The notes: generated by a model not told the origin, from the sequence alone. 32,000 nucleotides of DNA from Chlamydiales bacterium (GCA_041395025.1 JAWLBH010000001.1:480001-512000); one strand, 5' to 3'; counted from the first letter of the stretch, positions 1 to 9,363 are shown. Made by a program: numbers and translations.

Positions 1-27
1 ATTGCTAAAGCAATCACATATTGTTTC

Positions 28-1539
28 TTAGGGTTCATCCTCATCTTCTTCACTATCTACTTCTTTGATCATTTTAAAAAAATCATTTACCTCTTCTAAC
101 TCTTTATTCTCCTCTTCTCGGACATCAGGAGAAGATTGAACTTCTTGTTCTACAAGAGACCTATAATTTTCTATTCGAGAGTCTTTTAAGTAATTGACTT
201 CTAATTCTTCTCCTAATCCTTCACTGTTACCGTCTAACAATAAATGATTAGATAAAAATGAACTAGACAAGTATTTGTCTTCTAGCAATTTTCCCTTCTC
301 TTCTGCTTCCTCTATTTTTTGCTCAACCGTTCTATGATCCTCCGGGTCTAGATTACTATCATTCAAGTCTAGATAACTTCTTGAAAGTGAGATAGATGAG
401 ATGTTAATTATTGTTGATTCTCCGCCTGTTTCTTCTTGTTGTTTTTGATCGATCTGCTTAGATGACTCATGAGATCTTAATTCATTAAATGCCTCTTTTA
501 ACATAACTTTAAGTAAATGCTTGCGTTTGTCGTTAGATACATTTTTTTGTTTGGATAAATCTTTATTTAAAATATTTTTCCATGAAAAATTTTTAACCTG
601 ATCTTTAATTTTATTAATAAAACCATTTCGCTCTTCAGGTGTAGCACACAACTTCCCAAAAACTTGATCTGATGTTTTAATCACTATTAGATAGTCATTA
701 TTTTTACTTCCAGTAATATAACTCTTCTGTGGAAGGTTTATAAAATTTTTCTTATCAAGTGACTTAAATTTGCCTTGATTAAACATTTGATTAAAAAAAT
801 AATCATCCTCAACAGTACCTAGCTCTTGTTGTTGTCGATAGATTGAGTTCTGTAATTCTTTGTTTATTTTTATTGTCTCTTCAGTTGGATTTAGCTGGGG
901 ATTTGGTAAACATTCGCTTTCTAGCATTAATGGTGCCTCTACAAAAAGTAAACGATTCAACAATTCCTCGTTATCTTTATTCGCAATCTCTTTTTTTTGC
1001 TGTTGAGAGGGAGAACAATCCTCTTCTTCCGGTGGAAGAAGATCCTGATTATCTTGATCCTCATTATGACTCAGCTCGTTGTTGTTAAGATAGGCATTAA
1101 TTTGTGGTGTATGAGATTGAGATAATGCTATTGGATCACAAACTTGTTTTGGAGATAGATCTGGTTTCAAACTTGCTGGTGGAAGGTCTTGGGTCGAATT
1201 GCGTACAACTGAGAGGGATTCTATGTTCTGTTCTTTTACTTCTTTCGCATATTTTAACTGAAGTGCTTTAAGAGCAGCCAAGATCACTAATCCTCCCCCT
1301 ATACCCATAAAAGCTATCGTATATTCTTCCTTAAAGCTTCCCATGTTCTTCAATCCAAACCAACCTCGATGCATTCCAAACATGACTAAACCGATCGTAA
1401 AGACAATGACCCCTAATGCTAATGCTGTAATTAGTAGATTCCGATTCGATTTCGAAATTCGATTCCTCTTGATACTATTTATAAGTGGTATTTCTTGTTG
1501 AGATAACTCTAATTTCTGATTTGATGTTTGTGATGTCAT
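28..1539 (-). CDS. Hypothetical membrane protein; candidate Inc-like (inclusion membrane / type III secreted) protein with an acidic low-complexity C-terminal region
   Basis: 503-aa ORF with ATG start and TAA stop at 28-30. No enzyme motif recognised. Two ~20-aa hydrophobic segments (aa 35-56 LLITALALGVIVFTIGLVMFGM and aa 74-93 TIAFMGIGGGLVILAALKAL; nt 1261-1437) are separated by a short polar loop and follow a polar N-terminus. The remainder is Q/E/D/N/K-rich and ends SEEDEDEP. Confidence 0.65.
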   Translation of the reverse strand: MTSQTSNQKLELSQQEIPLINSIKRNRISKSNRNLLITALALGVIVFTIGLVMFGMHRGWFGLKNMGSFKEEYTIAFMGIGGGLVILAALKALQLKYAKEVKEQNIESLSVVRNSTQDLPPASLKPDLSPKQVCDPIALSQSHTPQINAYLNNNELSHNEDQDNQDLLPPEEEDCSPSQQQKKEIANKDNEELLNRLLFVEAPLMLESECLPNPQLNPTEETIKINKELQNSIYRQQQELGTVEDDYFFNQMFNQGKFKSLDKKNFINLPQKSYITGSKNNDYLIVIKTSDQVFGKLCATPEERNGFINKIKDQVKNFSWKNILNKDLSKQKNVSNDKRKHLLKVMLKEAFNELRSHESSKQIDQKQQEETGGESTIINISSISLSRSYLDLNDSNLDPEDHRTVEQKIEEAEEKGKLLEDKYLSSSFLSNHLLLDGNSEGLGEELEVNYLKDSRIENYRSLVEQEVQSSPDVREEENKELEEVNDFFKMIKEVDSEEDEDEP

Positions 1540-1694
1540 GGACTACTTAAATTGTTTCAAAAAATATATATTTAAAAAATGGAATTAAATTAAAAAAAAT
1601 TAAAAAACTTTAAAGTCATAAGTTAACATTTTAATAAATTTCAATTTTTTTTAAACTAAAAAAATTATAACATACTAATATGTTGATAGATGGA

Positions 1695-2234
1695 TTAATG
1701 GGGATATGGTTCTTTGATAAAAGAGACGAAATAGAGAAGCGTTGCAATCGTCTTACTATCCCGAATAGTTCCAGCTTTGATCATTTCCAAGGCCTTCATT
1801 AACTTAATCACTACGACCTTGATCTCTTCCATCGCATCAAGTTTCTGGATGCGTTGAGTTAGATCTGTTGCTCGGTAAATATAAAGTTTTTCATTACAAA
1901 AACCAGGAGTTGAGTAGCAATTAAACAGGTGTGTGATCTCTCCAGCTCGATATCCTGTTTCTTCTTCAAGTTCACGAGCTGCACACATTAGAGGATCTTC
2001 TTGCTTTTCAAGCGTTCCAGCAGGAAGCTCCCATAAAACTTCTTGAACAGCCTCACGCCTATTTTGAATGAGAATAATCCTCTCTTTATCAAGCAAAGGT
2101 AAAATCACTACTGCTCCAGGATGAGAGATAATTTCTTGACAGATAGTTTTACCTTGCGGATCTTCTACTTCAATGGAAAGAAAATCGACTCTTTTACCAT
2201 GAAAAAGTTCTTTAGGATTTTTATATTGGTACAT
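1695..2234 (-). CDS. NUDIX hydrolase (ADP-ribose pyrophosphatase-like)
   Basis: Nudix box GTLEKQEDPLMCAARELEEETGY matches GX5EX7REUXEEXGU. The ORF track starts at TTG 2237. The ATG at 2234-2232 overlaps the upstream TGA (TGATG) and is the likelier start. Confidence 0.85.
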   Translation of the reverse strand: MYQYKNPKELFHGKRVDFLSIEVEDPQGKTICQEIISHPGAVVILPLLDKERIILIQNRREAVQEVLWELPAGTLEKQEDPLMCAARELEEETGYRAGEITHLFNCYSTPGFCNEKLYIYRATDLTQRIQKLDAMEEIKVVVIKLMKALEMIKAGTIRDSKTIATLLYFVSFIKEPYPH

Positions 2235-4240
2235 CAATACCGAGCTAGCTTACGAATGGCATTTTCAAGGTCAATAGATTGAGGAAGAACTTCATTTTCA
2301 AGAGATTTACTATAAGGCACAACACTATCAAATCCACATACACGATGAATAGGACCATCTAAATACTCAAGAGCCTGCTCAGCCACCTGAGCAGAGATTT
2401 CAGCTCCAAAACCACAATTACGAGGAGCCTCATGAGCAATTAAAAGTTTGCCTGTTTTTTTGACAGAGGCAAGGATGGTCTGATGATCAAGGGGAACTAG
2501 GGTACGTAGGTCAATGACTTCAATAGAAATCCCCTCTTTAGCCAGTTTTTCTCCAATCTCCCAAGCCATTACTACCATCATCCCCCAACAAACTACCGTG
2601 ATATCTAATCCAATTTGAACAATATTGGCTTGACCAAATGGAAGAAGATAATCTTTTGGAGGCTCTAGACGTGCACAAAATTTTTGTTGACGATAGAGTC
2701 CTTTATGCTCGAGAAAAATCACTGGATTCGGATCTCGAATTGCTGTTTTAAGTAAGCCTTTTGCATCAGCTGCGTTACTTGGAATGACCACTTTAAGACC
2801 TGGACAATGAGTTAAAAATCCCTCAATACTTTGAGAATGATAAGGACCTCCTTGAATATATCCGCCGTAAGGCATACGCACCACAATAGGGACCTGCCAC
2901 TCTCCATTTGAACGGTAATACAAACTAGAAGCTTCATTAAAAAGTTGATTAATTCCTGTCCAGAGGTAATCTGCAAACTGTATCTCAGCAACGGGTTTGT
3001 GCAAACCATCGACCCCCATCCCAATCGCCATCCCAATAATCGTCGATTCAGCAAGAGGAGTATTAAAACAACGAGAATCCCCGTACTGATCAGTCAAACC
3101 TCGAGTCACACCAAACACTCCACCTTTCCCATGAGCAACATCTTGACCAAAAACAACCACATTTTGGTCATAAGCCATTTCTTCACTTAAGGCATGATTT
3201 AATCCATCCATCATCACAATTTTTTCTCCTTCTCCTTCTCCTCTACAAGGAGGAGGAGCAAAAGGAACAAAAATATGAGACCGACTACTGCCTTTTTTAG
3301 GAAAAGCTATGGAATGAGCTCTAAGAGCCGCTTGCTCAACTTCTTCTAGTGCTTCTTTTTGCAACTGGCTGATATCAGATGCATAAGCCTTGTTTTGTTG
3401 CATTAACCAATCTTCAAGTCGATGCATTGGATCACGTTGATTCTCGTTCTCGATCATCTCTTTGGTTTGATATTTCTGTGGGTCATCACTATTGCTATGA
3501 GGAGCAAGACGAGGCACATGAGCAACAAGAAGAGTAGGTCCTTGACCAGCTCTCCCTCTTCTGATAGCTCCTGCCATTGCCTCAGTCGTTTCTTCATAAT
3601 CTGTCCCGTCAATCTCATAGACTTCAAGTCCTTTATAACCACGGGCCATCGAGGCAATTGTCCCACCTGCAGTCTGTTCTTTAGATGGCACAGAAATTGC
3701 CCACCCATTATCTTGAATGACAAAAATTACTGAAAGCAAATGGATAGAGGCAAAATTGAGGGCTTCATGAAAATCTCCCTCCGAAGTGGCACCATCCCCT
3801 GCTGAAACATAGACGATATCTTGATTTTTTAGACGTTTATTCGCCCAACCACGACCCACTCCATGTAAAAACTGAGAGCCAACTACACTGGACTGACAAA
3901 TAATTCTTAATGCTTTATGAGAATAATGGTTGGGCATCATACGCCCTCCAGAATGGTTTTTAGTCTCACGTCCTAAAAATGCACCAAAGAGTTCTGTAAG
4001 ATCACATCCTAATCCAATGACAAAGCCTTGATCTCGGTAATAGGGAAGAGACCAATCGCGTCCTGATTCAAGCATTTGTCCACAAATCACGCCAACGAGT
4101 TCATGGCCTGCTGAAGAAAGTTGAAAAGTTCCACCCTTGTTTTGCTTCGCAAGAATGGCCATTTTTTTATCAGCAAAACGAGAAATATAGATAAGCTTTA
4201 AAACATTCAATCTCTTTTTAACTGTTTTGAATGCATCCAC
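2234..4240 (-). CDS. 2-oxoacid (branched-chain/pyruvate-type) dehydrogenase E1 component, fused alpha-beta subunits
   Basis: 668 aa. The N-terminal half has the E1-alpha ThDP motif (SAGDGATSEGDFHEALNFA...QDNGWAIS). A linker FAPPPCRGEGEGEK follows. The C-terminal half is E1-beta-like (VFGQDV...GGVFGVT, EIQFADY, transketolase C-terminal-like end). GTG start at 4240-4238 directly abuts the dnaJ stop codon. Confidence 0.9.
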   Translation of the reverse strand: MDAFKTVKKRLNVLKLIYISRFADKKMAILAKQNKGGTFQLSSAGHELVGVICGQMLESGRDWSLPYYRDQGFVIGLGCDLTELFGAFLGRETKNHSGGRMMPNHYSHKALRIICQSSVVGSQFLHGVGRGWANKRLKNQDIVYVSAGDGATSEGDFHEALNFASIHLLSVIFVIQDNGWAISVPSKEQTAGGTIASMARGYKGLEVYEIDGTDYEETTEAMAGAIRRGRAGQGPTLLVAHVPRLAPHSNSDDPQKYQTKEMIENENQRDPMHRLEDWLMQQNKAYASDISQLQKEALEEVEQAALRAHSIAFPKKGSSRSHIFVPFAPPPCRGEGEGEKIVMMDGLNHALSEEMAYDQNVVVFGQDVAHGKGGVFGVTRGLTDQYGDSRCFNTPLAESTIIGMAIGMGVDGLHKPVAEIQFADYLWTGINQLFNEASSLYYRSNGEWQVPIVVRMPYGGYIQGGPYHSQSIEGFLTHCPGLKVVIPSNAADAKGLLKTAIRDPNPVIFLEHKGLYRQQKFCARLEPPKDYLLPFGQANIVQIGLDITVVCWGMMVVMAWEIGEKLAKEGISIEVIDLRTLVPLDHQTILASVKKTGKLLIAHEAPRNCGFGAEISAQVAEQALEYLDGPIHRVCGFDSVVPYSKSLENEVLPQSIDLENAIRKLARY

Positions 4241-5407
4241 CTATTTATCCGAAAAGAATGATTTAACTTTCTCCATAAAACTCTTTCTTTGTGGAACATT
4301 ATGCATTTCTTCTTTTTCGCTGAATTCACGGAGAATTTTCTTTTGCGCAGCAGTTAGATGAGTAGGAGTTTCAACAATGGCACGTATCAAAAAATCTCCT
4401 TGTCCTCGACCATGAACATTTGGGAAACCCTTACCACGCAATCGAAATACTTTCCCACTCTGTGTCCCCTCAGGAATGGTTAATCTACAAGCCTCCTGTA
4501 AAGTAGGAACTTCTTTTTTTGTGCCAAGAGCTGCTTCTACAAAACCGATTGGTAAATCTAAAAGAAGATTATCCCCTTCACGTTCAAATATAGGATGAGG
4601 ATCAAGATCAATAAATACATAAAGATGACCAGGAGGACCTTTCCCTTCTCCTTCATCACCATAACCAGCCATTTTTAAACGCATCCCTGAATCGACACCA
4701 GCAGGAATACGTACCTTAACGTGTTGTTTCTCTCTAACTCTTCCTTCTCCATGGCAATTTTTACAAGGATCAGTAATAATTTTACCTTGTCCATGGCAAT
4801 TCGTACAAGTAGATGACATACTAAAAAATCCACGCGTCTGAAAAACTTGTCCCTGACCATTGCATTGTGAACAAGTTTTCATACCATTAGATGAAGTAGT
4901 ACCTGTGCCTTTACATGGGTTGCATCCCATCAGACGAGTAATCGCTAATTCTTTTTCAACACCTTTAGCAGCCTCTTCAAAAGAAATATGAAGAGCCACT
5001 TTCTTACTCGCTCCCTGTCTACCTTGACTACCTTGTGGTTCTCCTCCAGTAAATCCTCCACCAAAGAGCGTTTCAAAAATAGATTCGCCTCCTCCACCAA
5101 AAGCCCCCATAAAGGTACGCAAAGCATCTTCCATGGATCCAAAACCATGCATATTTCCTTGACCACTCGCACCAGCAAAGACTCCTTCTTTCCCATAACG
5201 ATCATACATTTCTCGCTTTTTAGGATCGCTTAATACTTCATAAGCTTCAGAGACTTCTTTAAATCGAGCTTCTGCGTCAGAGTTTCCCGGGTTCTTATCC
5301 GGGTGATATTTCAAGGCCATCTTGCGGTAAGCTTTCTTAATCTCATCCTGAGAAGATCCTTTGGAGATCCCTAAAATCTCATAATAATCCATAACTTTTT
5401 GGTTCAT
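4241..5407 (-). CDS. dnaJ: Molecular chaperone DnaJ
   Basis: J domain [37 protein letters not shown]-rich region. Four CxxCxGxG zinc-finger repeats ([32 protein letters not shown]). 388 aa. Confidence 0.97.
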   Translation of the reverse strand: MNQKVMDYYEILGISKGSSQDEIKKAYRKMALKYHPDKNPGNSDAEARFKEVSEAYEVLSDPKKREMYDRYGKEGVFAGASGQGNMHGFGSMEDALRTFMGAFGGGGESIFETLFGGGFTGGEPQGSQGRQGASKKVALHISFEEAAKGVEKELAITRLMGCNPCKGTGTTSSNGMKTCSQCNGQGQVFQTRGFFSMSSTCTNCHGQGKIITDPCKNCHGEGRVREKQHVKVRIPAGVDSGMRLKMAGYGDEGEGKGPPGHLYVFIDLDPHPIFEREGDNLLLDLPIGFVEAALGTKKEVPTLQEACRLTIPEGTQSGKVFRLRGKGFPNVHGRGQGDFLIRAIVETPTHLTAAQKKILREFSEKEEMHNVPQRKSFMEKVKSFFSDK

Positions 5408-5580
5408 CGGTTACGGTATTTAGCAGCTGCTTTGGATTTTGCACGTTTTTTCACTGAGGGTTTGTCATAAAAACGATGCGCCTTAGCTGCTTTCATGACG
5501 CCTTCTTTATCAATCTTTTTTTTCAACGCTCTAAGAGCCTTGTCTATGGTTTCTCCTATACGAACTTTTACAAATGGCAT
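5404..5580 (-). CDS. rpsU: 30S ribosomal protein S21
   Basis: Not in the ORF track (58 aa). Hand translation of the minus strand gives [58 protein letters not shown], a typical S21. Its TGA overlaps the dnaJ ATG (ATGA). Confidence 0.9.
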   Translation of the reverse strand: MPFVKVRIGETIDKALRALKKKIDKEGVMKAAKAHRFYDKPSVKKRAKSKAAAKYRNR

Positions 5581-5625
5581 ACTTCTTATCCCTATACAAA
5601 TAAAGTTTTCTTCGCAATGAGGAGA

Positions 5626-5654
5626 ATTTTATCAAGAGACTAATTACCTTGCAA
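5626..5654 (-). promoter_or_regulatory. Putative sigma-70/66-type promoter for the rpsU-dnaJ operon
   Basis: Minus strand reads TTGCAA (5654-5649), a 17-nt spacer, then TAAAAT (5631-5626), about 45 nt upstream of the rpsU ATG. Such hexamers occur by chance in AT-rich DNA. Confidence 0.35.
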
Positions 5655-5695
5655 GCCTCTGCATTTTTTAAAATCTCTTTAGAATAGAAATTCAA

Positions 5696-6259
5696 CTAAA
5701 CAGTCTCTCGCAAATATAGCATTTGCAAATCTTTTTTTTTTACAAAAACTGGATGAGTGATAAGAGAAATAGGATCGGGATTTCTTTCAATTTGATTTGG
5801 AAAGGAGAAACGTTGAAGGTTTGGACCCACAATCACTCTATTTCCCTTTAAGACATGAGGAAAATCATTTTGAGACACAAGGCGTGGTGCCTCTCCTGGA
5901 ATCAGGATAAATGCACCTCCAATTTTTGCATCAATAAACGCTACCTCGTCCTTCTGATTCGTAAAGCCATATAGAGAACATAATCCAGTAAGAGGTAATT
6001 GTTTAGGGAAAGCAATCCCTTTCGCTGCTGCCACACCAACTCGTATACCTGTAAATGAACCTGGCCCAACTACAACCGCCACTTCTTCTAAATCACTCGG
6101 TGTTAAGTTAAGTTTTTGAAATCCAGATTGGATTGCGGGAAAGAGAAAAGAAGAGCTCTGAAAACCAAAAGGCAGAGCTAAATTCAAAAGAATATTAACC
6201 CCTTCAGCAAAAGCAACAAAAGATCTTTCGTGGCTAGTGTCTATAATGAGTTTCTTCAT
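5696..6259 (-). CDS. tsaB: tRNA threonylcarbamoyladenosine (t6A) biosynthesis protein TsaB (YeaZ family)
   Basis: 187 aa. N-terminal ASKHA-fold signature LIIDTSHE and GPGSFTGIRVGVAAAKGIAF, typical of YeaZ/TsaB. Confidence 0.85.
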   Translation of the reverse strand: MKKLIIDTSHERSFVAFAEGVNILLNLALPFGFQSSSFLFPAIQSGFQKLNLTPSDLEEVAVVVGPGSFTGIRVGVAAAKGIAFPKQLPLTGLCSLYGFTNQKDEVAFIDAKIGGAFILIPGEAPRLVSQNDFPHVLKGNRVIVGPNLQRFSFPNQIERNPDPISLITHPVFVKKKDLQMLYLRETV

Positions 6260-6388
6260 AAACTATTAGGGATTTTTCTAATCTTTTAATCTTATTAACA
6301 AAATAATATAGTATGGTAATCTAAAAATTAGATTAAAGAAAAAAACCTCCCTTGCTTTCATAGGAGGCCATTTGATAGACTTTTTGGG

Positions 6389-8857
6389 TTGATTTTTAGC
6401 GAGGTTGGACAATTGGAAAAAAAGCAACAATTACCTATTGAAGCTGAATTAGAAGAAGCGATTGAAGATTCCTTAGAAGAACAACAGAGACCTAAAAGAC
6501 ATTTTCCTGAGGAATTATATATTTTGCCGATCAATAGGCGTCCATTTTTTCCTGGAATGGCGGCTCCTATCCTTATTGAACCCAATCCTTATTATGAAGT
6601 TCTTAAAAACATCGCAAAATCTGATCAGAAATATATTGCTCTCGTTCTTACGAAAAAAGAAAATGCAGATATCTATAAGGTCGGTTTTTCTGGGCTTTAT
6701 CGCATTGGTGTCTTAGCTCGCATTCTGCGTATCATTCCTATGGAAGGAGGAGGCGGAGCCCAAGTGGTCCTGAATATGGAAGAGCGTCTTGAAATTACAA
6801 AATTAGTGAAAGGGAAACACTTAAGAGCAAAAATCCTCTACCATCCCGATTCGAAAGAGATCACCGATGAGCTCAAAGCCTATTCGATTAATATCGTCTC
6901 AGTCATTAAAGAACTTTTAAAACTCAATCCTCTTTTTAAAGAAGAACTACAGATTTTTCTTGCCCATTCAGATTTTACTGAACCAGGAAAACTCGCTGAT
7001 TTTGCTGTTGCACTAACAACAGCTACTCGCGAAGAACTGCAACAAATTCTTGAATCTTTCGATATGTCTACCCGTATTGACAAAGCACTTGCTTTATTAA
7101 AAAAAGAACTCGATTTAAGCCGATTGCAAAGTAGTATTAACCAAAAAATTGAAGCCACAATTACCAAAAGTCAAAAAGATTATTTCCTTCGTGAACAGCT
7201 AAAAACAATCAAACGTGAATTAGGCATAGAGCGTGAAGAAAAATCTATTGATAGTGAGAAATTTGAAGCACGACTGAAAAAAAGAGATGTTTCAGTTCCA
7301 GCGATGGAAACTATTCAAGAAGAACTTGATAAACTGCAAACACTTGATTCTGCTTCAGCTGAATATACTGTTTGCCGTAATTATTTAGATTGGTTGACAA
7401 TTATGCCATGGGGCATTAACAGCAAAGAACGAGATGATCTAAAAAAAGCTGAAGGAGTCTTGCATAGAGACCATTACGGACTCGACGAAATTAAACAACG
7501 AATTTTAGAATTAATTGGGGTAGGAAAACTCACGGGTAGTTTAAAAGGAAGCATTATTTGTCTCGTAGGACCACCTGGATGTGGGAAAACCAGTATTGGA
7601 AAAAGTATTGCGCGTGCATTAAATCGAAAATTTTTTCGTTTTTCAGTAGGAGGCATGCGCGATGAAGCAGAAATTAAAGGACATCGTCGTACCTATGTAG
7701 GAGCTATGCCAGGAAAACTAGTTCAAGCGCTTAAAAAATGCCAAACTATGAATCCTGTGATCATGATTGACGAAGTAGATAAAATGGGGGTCAGTTATCA
7801 TGGTGATCCATCAGCTGCTCTTCTTGAAGTGTTGGATCCTGAACAAAATCGCGATTTTTTAGATCATTACCTTGATGTTCATGTAGATTTATCCAATGTC
7901 CTTTTTATTGTGACTGCAAATGTTCTGGATACGATTTCTGAACCACTCCTGGATCGAATGGAAGTCTTGCGTCTTTCTGGTTATATCATGGAAGAGAAAA
8001 TACAAATTGCTCAAAAATACCTTATTCCTAGAAATCGTAAGCAAATGGGATTAAATGCAAAAGATATCATCTTCACACCCGACACACTGCGTACGATTAT
8101 TAATGGTTATGCACGCGAAGCAGGAGTACGCAGTCTAGAAAATTATATTAAAAAAATTTTACGCAAAGTCGCTCTTGAAATTATCCGAGAGATAGAAAAA
8201 GGGAAACGCAAAAAACCATTCAAACGAGTCATAAAAAAAAGTAATCTGGCTGAATATTTAGGTAAACCCATTTTCTTAAGCGACCGTTTTTATGAGCGTA
8301 CTCCTGTAGGGGTAGCAACTGGACTTGCATGGACATCTCACGGAGGAGCCACTCTTTATATTGAAGCAATTAAAACTGCTTCAGATGAGACTGACATGAA
8401 TCTAACAGGACAAGCAGGTGAGGTGATGCGTGAATCCTCCCAGATTGCGTGGAGTTATCTTCATAGTGCGATTCATAAATATGCTCCCGGATATACTTTT
8501 TTTGAAAAATCTCAGGTTCACATCCATATTCCTGAAGGAGCAACTCCCAAAGATGGTCCTTCAGCTGGGGCAACCATGGTAACAGCTCTTCTCTCTCTTC
8601 TCATCGACACACCAGTATTGGATAATCTTGGAATGACTGGAGAAATTACTTTAACAGGTCGTATTTTAGGTGTGGGAGGGATTCGAGAAAAGTTGATTGC
8701 AGCCCGTCGTTCTGGATTAAATATTTTAATTTTTCCCAAGGATAACACACGTGACTATGATGAACTTCCTGATTATCTAAAAAAAGGACTTCGAGTCGAA
8801 TTTGTTGACCACTATGATGACATCTATCATATGGCATTTCCTGAGGTTGAGAAATGA
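6389..8857 (+). CDS. lon: ATP-dependent Lon protease
   Basis: LON N-domain ([17 protein letters not shown]). Walker [16 protein letters not shown]. Walker [10 protein letters not shown]. Catalytic serine motif [15 protein letters not shown]. There is no in-frame ATG before the conserved N-domain, so the start is TTG 6389 (track) or TTG 6413. Confidence 0.95.
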   Translation: MIFSEVGQLEKKQQLPIEAELEEAIEDSLEEQQRPKRHFPEELYILPINRRPFFPGMAAPILIEPNPYYEVLKNIAKSDQKYIALVLTKKENADIYKVGFSGLYRIGVLARILRIIPMEGGGGAQVVLNMEERLEITKLVKGKHLRAKILYHPDSKEITDELKAYSINIVSVIKELLKLNPLFKEELQIFLAHSDFTEPGKLADFAVALTTATREELQQILESFDMSTRIDKALALLKKELDLSRLQSSINQKIEATITKSQKDYFLREQLKTIKRELGIEREEKSIDSEKFEARLKKRDVSVPAMETIQEELDKLQTLDSASAEYTVCRNYLDWLTIMPWGINSKERDDLKKAEGVLHRDHYGLDEIKQRILELIGVGKLTGSLKGSIICLVGPPGCGKTSIGKSIARALNRKFFRFSVGGMRDEAEIKGHRRTYVGAMPGKLVQALKKCQTMNPVIMIDEVDKMGVSYHGDPSAALLEVLDPEQNRDFLDHYLDVHVDLSNVLFIVTANVLDTISEPLLDRMEVLRLSGYIMEEKIQIAQKYLIPRNRKQMGLNAKDIIFTPDTLRTIINGYAREAGVRSLENYIKKILRKVALEIIREIEKGKRKKPFKRVIKKSNLAEYLGKPIFLSDRFYERTPVGVATGLAWTSHGGATLYIEAIKTASDETDMNLTGQAGEVMRESSQIAWSYLHSAIHKYAPGYTFFEKSQVHIHIPEGATPKDGPSAGATMVTALLSLLIDTPVLDNLGMTGEITLTGRILGVGGIREKLIAARRSGLNILIFPKDNTRDYDELPDYLKKGLRVEFVDHYDDIYHMAFPEVEK

Positions 8858-9363
8858 TCGCTTGGAAAGAATATAGCCAAAAAAAAGTGATCCATCCTGA
8901 AAATCTTGATCGGCATATTTCAACGATACGCAACTGTAATCAAACGATTGCTTCTATTAATGGATCTTTCGATCTACTTCATGCAGGCCACTTGCATATT
9001 CTGTTTGAGGGCTCAAAAAAAGCAGATATTTTCATCGTAGCTGTAAATAGTGATGAGTCTGTCGGCAAATACAAAGATCCTGACCGTCCCATTATTTCTC
9101 TTAACTATAGGATAGAAATGTTGACGGCACTCACCTTTGTAGATTATGTGACTTGGTTTCATGAAGCTGATTCTCGAGCTATTCTTGAAATCATACGCCC
9201 GAATATTCATATCAACGGTGAAGAATATGGTGAAGAATGTATTGAAGCAGGTGTTGTCAAGCAGTATGGAGGAATTCTCCATCTTGTGCCTCGTATTCCC
9301 GGGTTAGCAACTTCTCAAATCATTCAAAAAATCAGAGAGTTACAAGCAGATACATGCGTCTAA
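8854..9363 (+). CDS. Cytidylyltransferase-family nucleotidyltransferase resembling HldE/RfaE domain II (D-beta-D-heptose-1-phosphate adenylyltransferase)
   Basis: 169 aa. INGSFDLLHAGHLHIL (HxGH motif), VAVNSDESV...RP, and C-terminal ATSQIIQKI parallel E. coli HldE domain II (NGCFDILHAGH, VAVNSDAS, STTNIIKKI) as I remember it. The ATG overlaps the lon TGA (ATGA). Confidence 0.7.
   Translation: MIAWKEYSQKKVIHPENLDRHISTIRNCNQTIASINGSFDLLHAGHLHILFEGSKKADIFIVAVNSDESVGKYKDPDRPIISLNYRIEMLTALTFVDYVTWFHEADSRAILEIIRPNIHINGEEYGEECIEAGVVKQYGGILHLVPRIPGLATSQIIQKIRELQADTCV

Noticed and set aside
790-810. EDDYFFN in the 503-aa protein, considered as a FFAT (VAP-binding) motif like those in some Inc proteins
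   Set aside because: Only about 3 of 7 core positions match EFFDAxE (D4, A5 and E7 are absent). That is too degenerate to claim.
1668-1683. Palindrome aacata-ctaa-tatgtt downstream of the NUDIX gene, considered as a dif (Xer) site or an intrinsic terminator
   Set aside because: Arms and spacer do not fit the 11-6-11 dif architecture, and the GC-rich XerC arm is absent. As a terminator it is a 6-bp all-A/T-dominated stem, too weak to call despite the following T-run on the minus strand.
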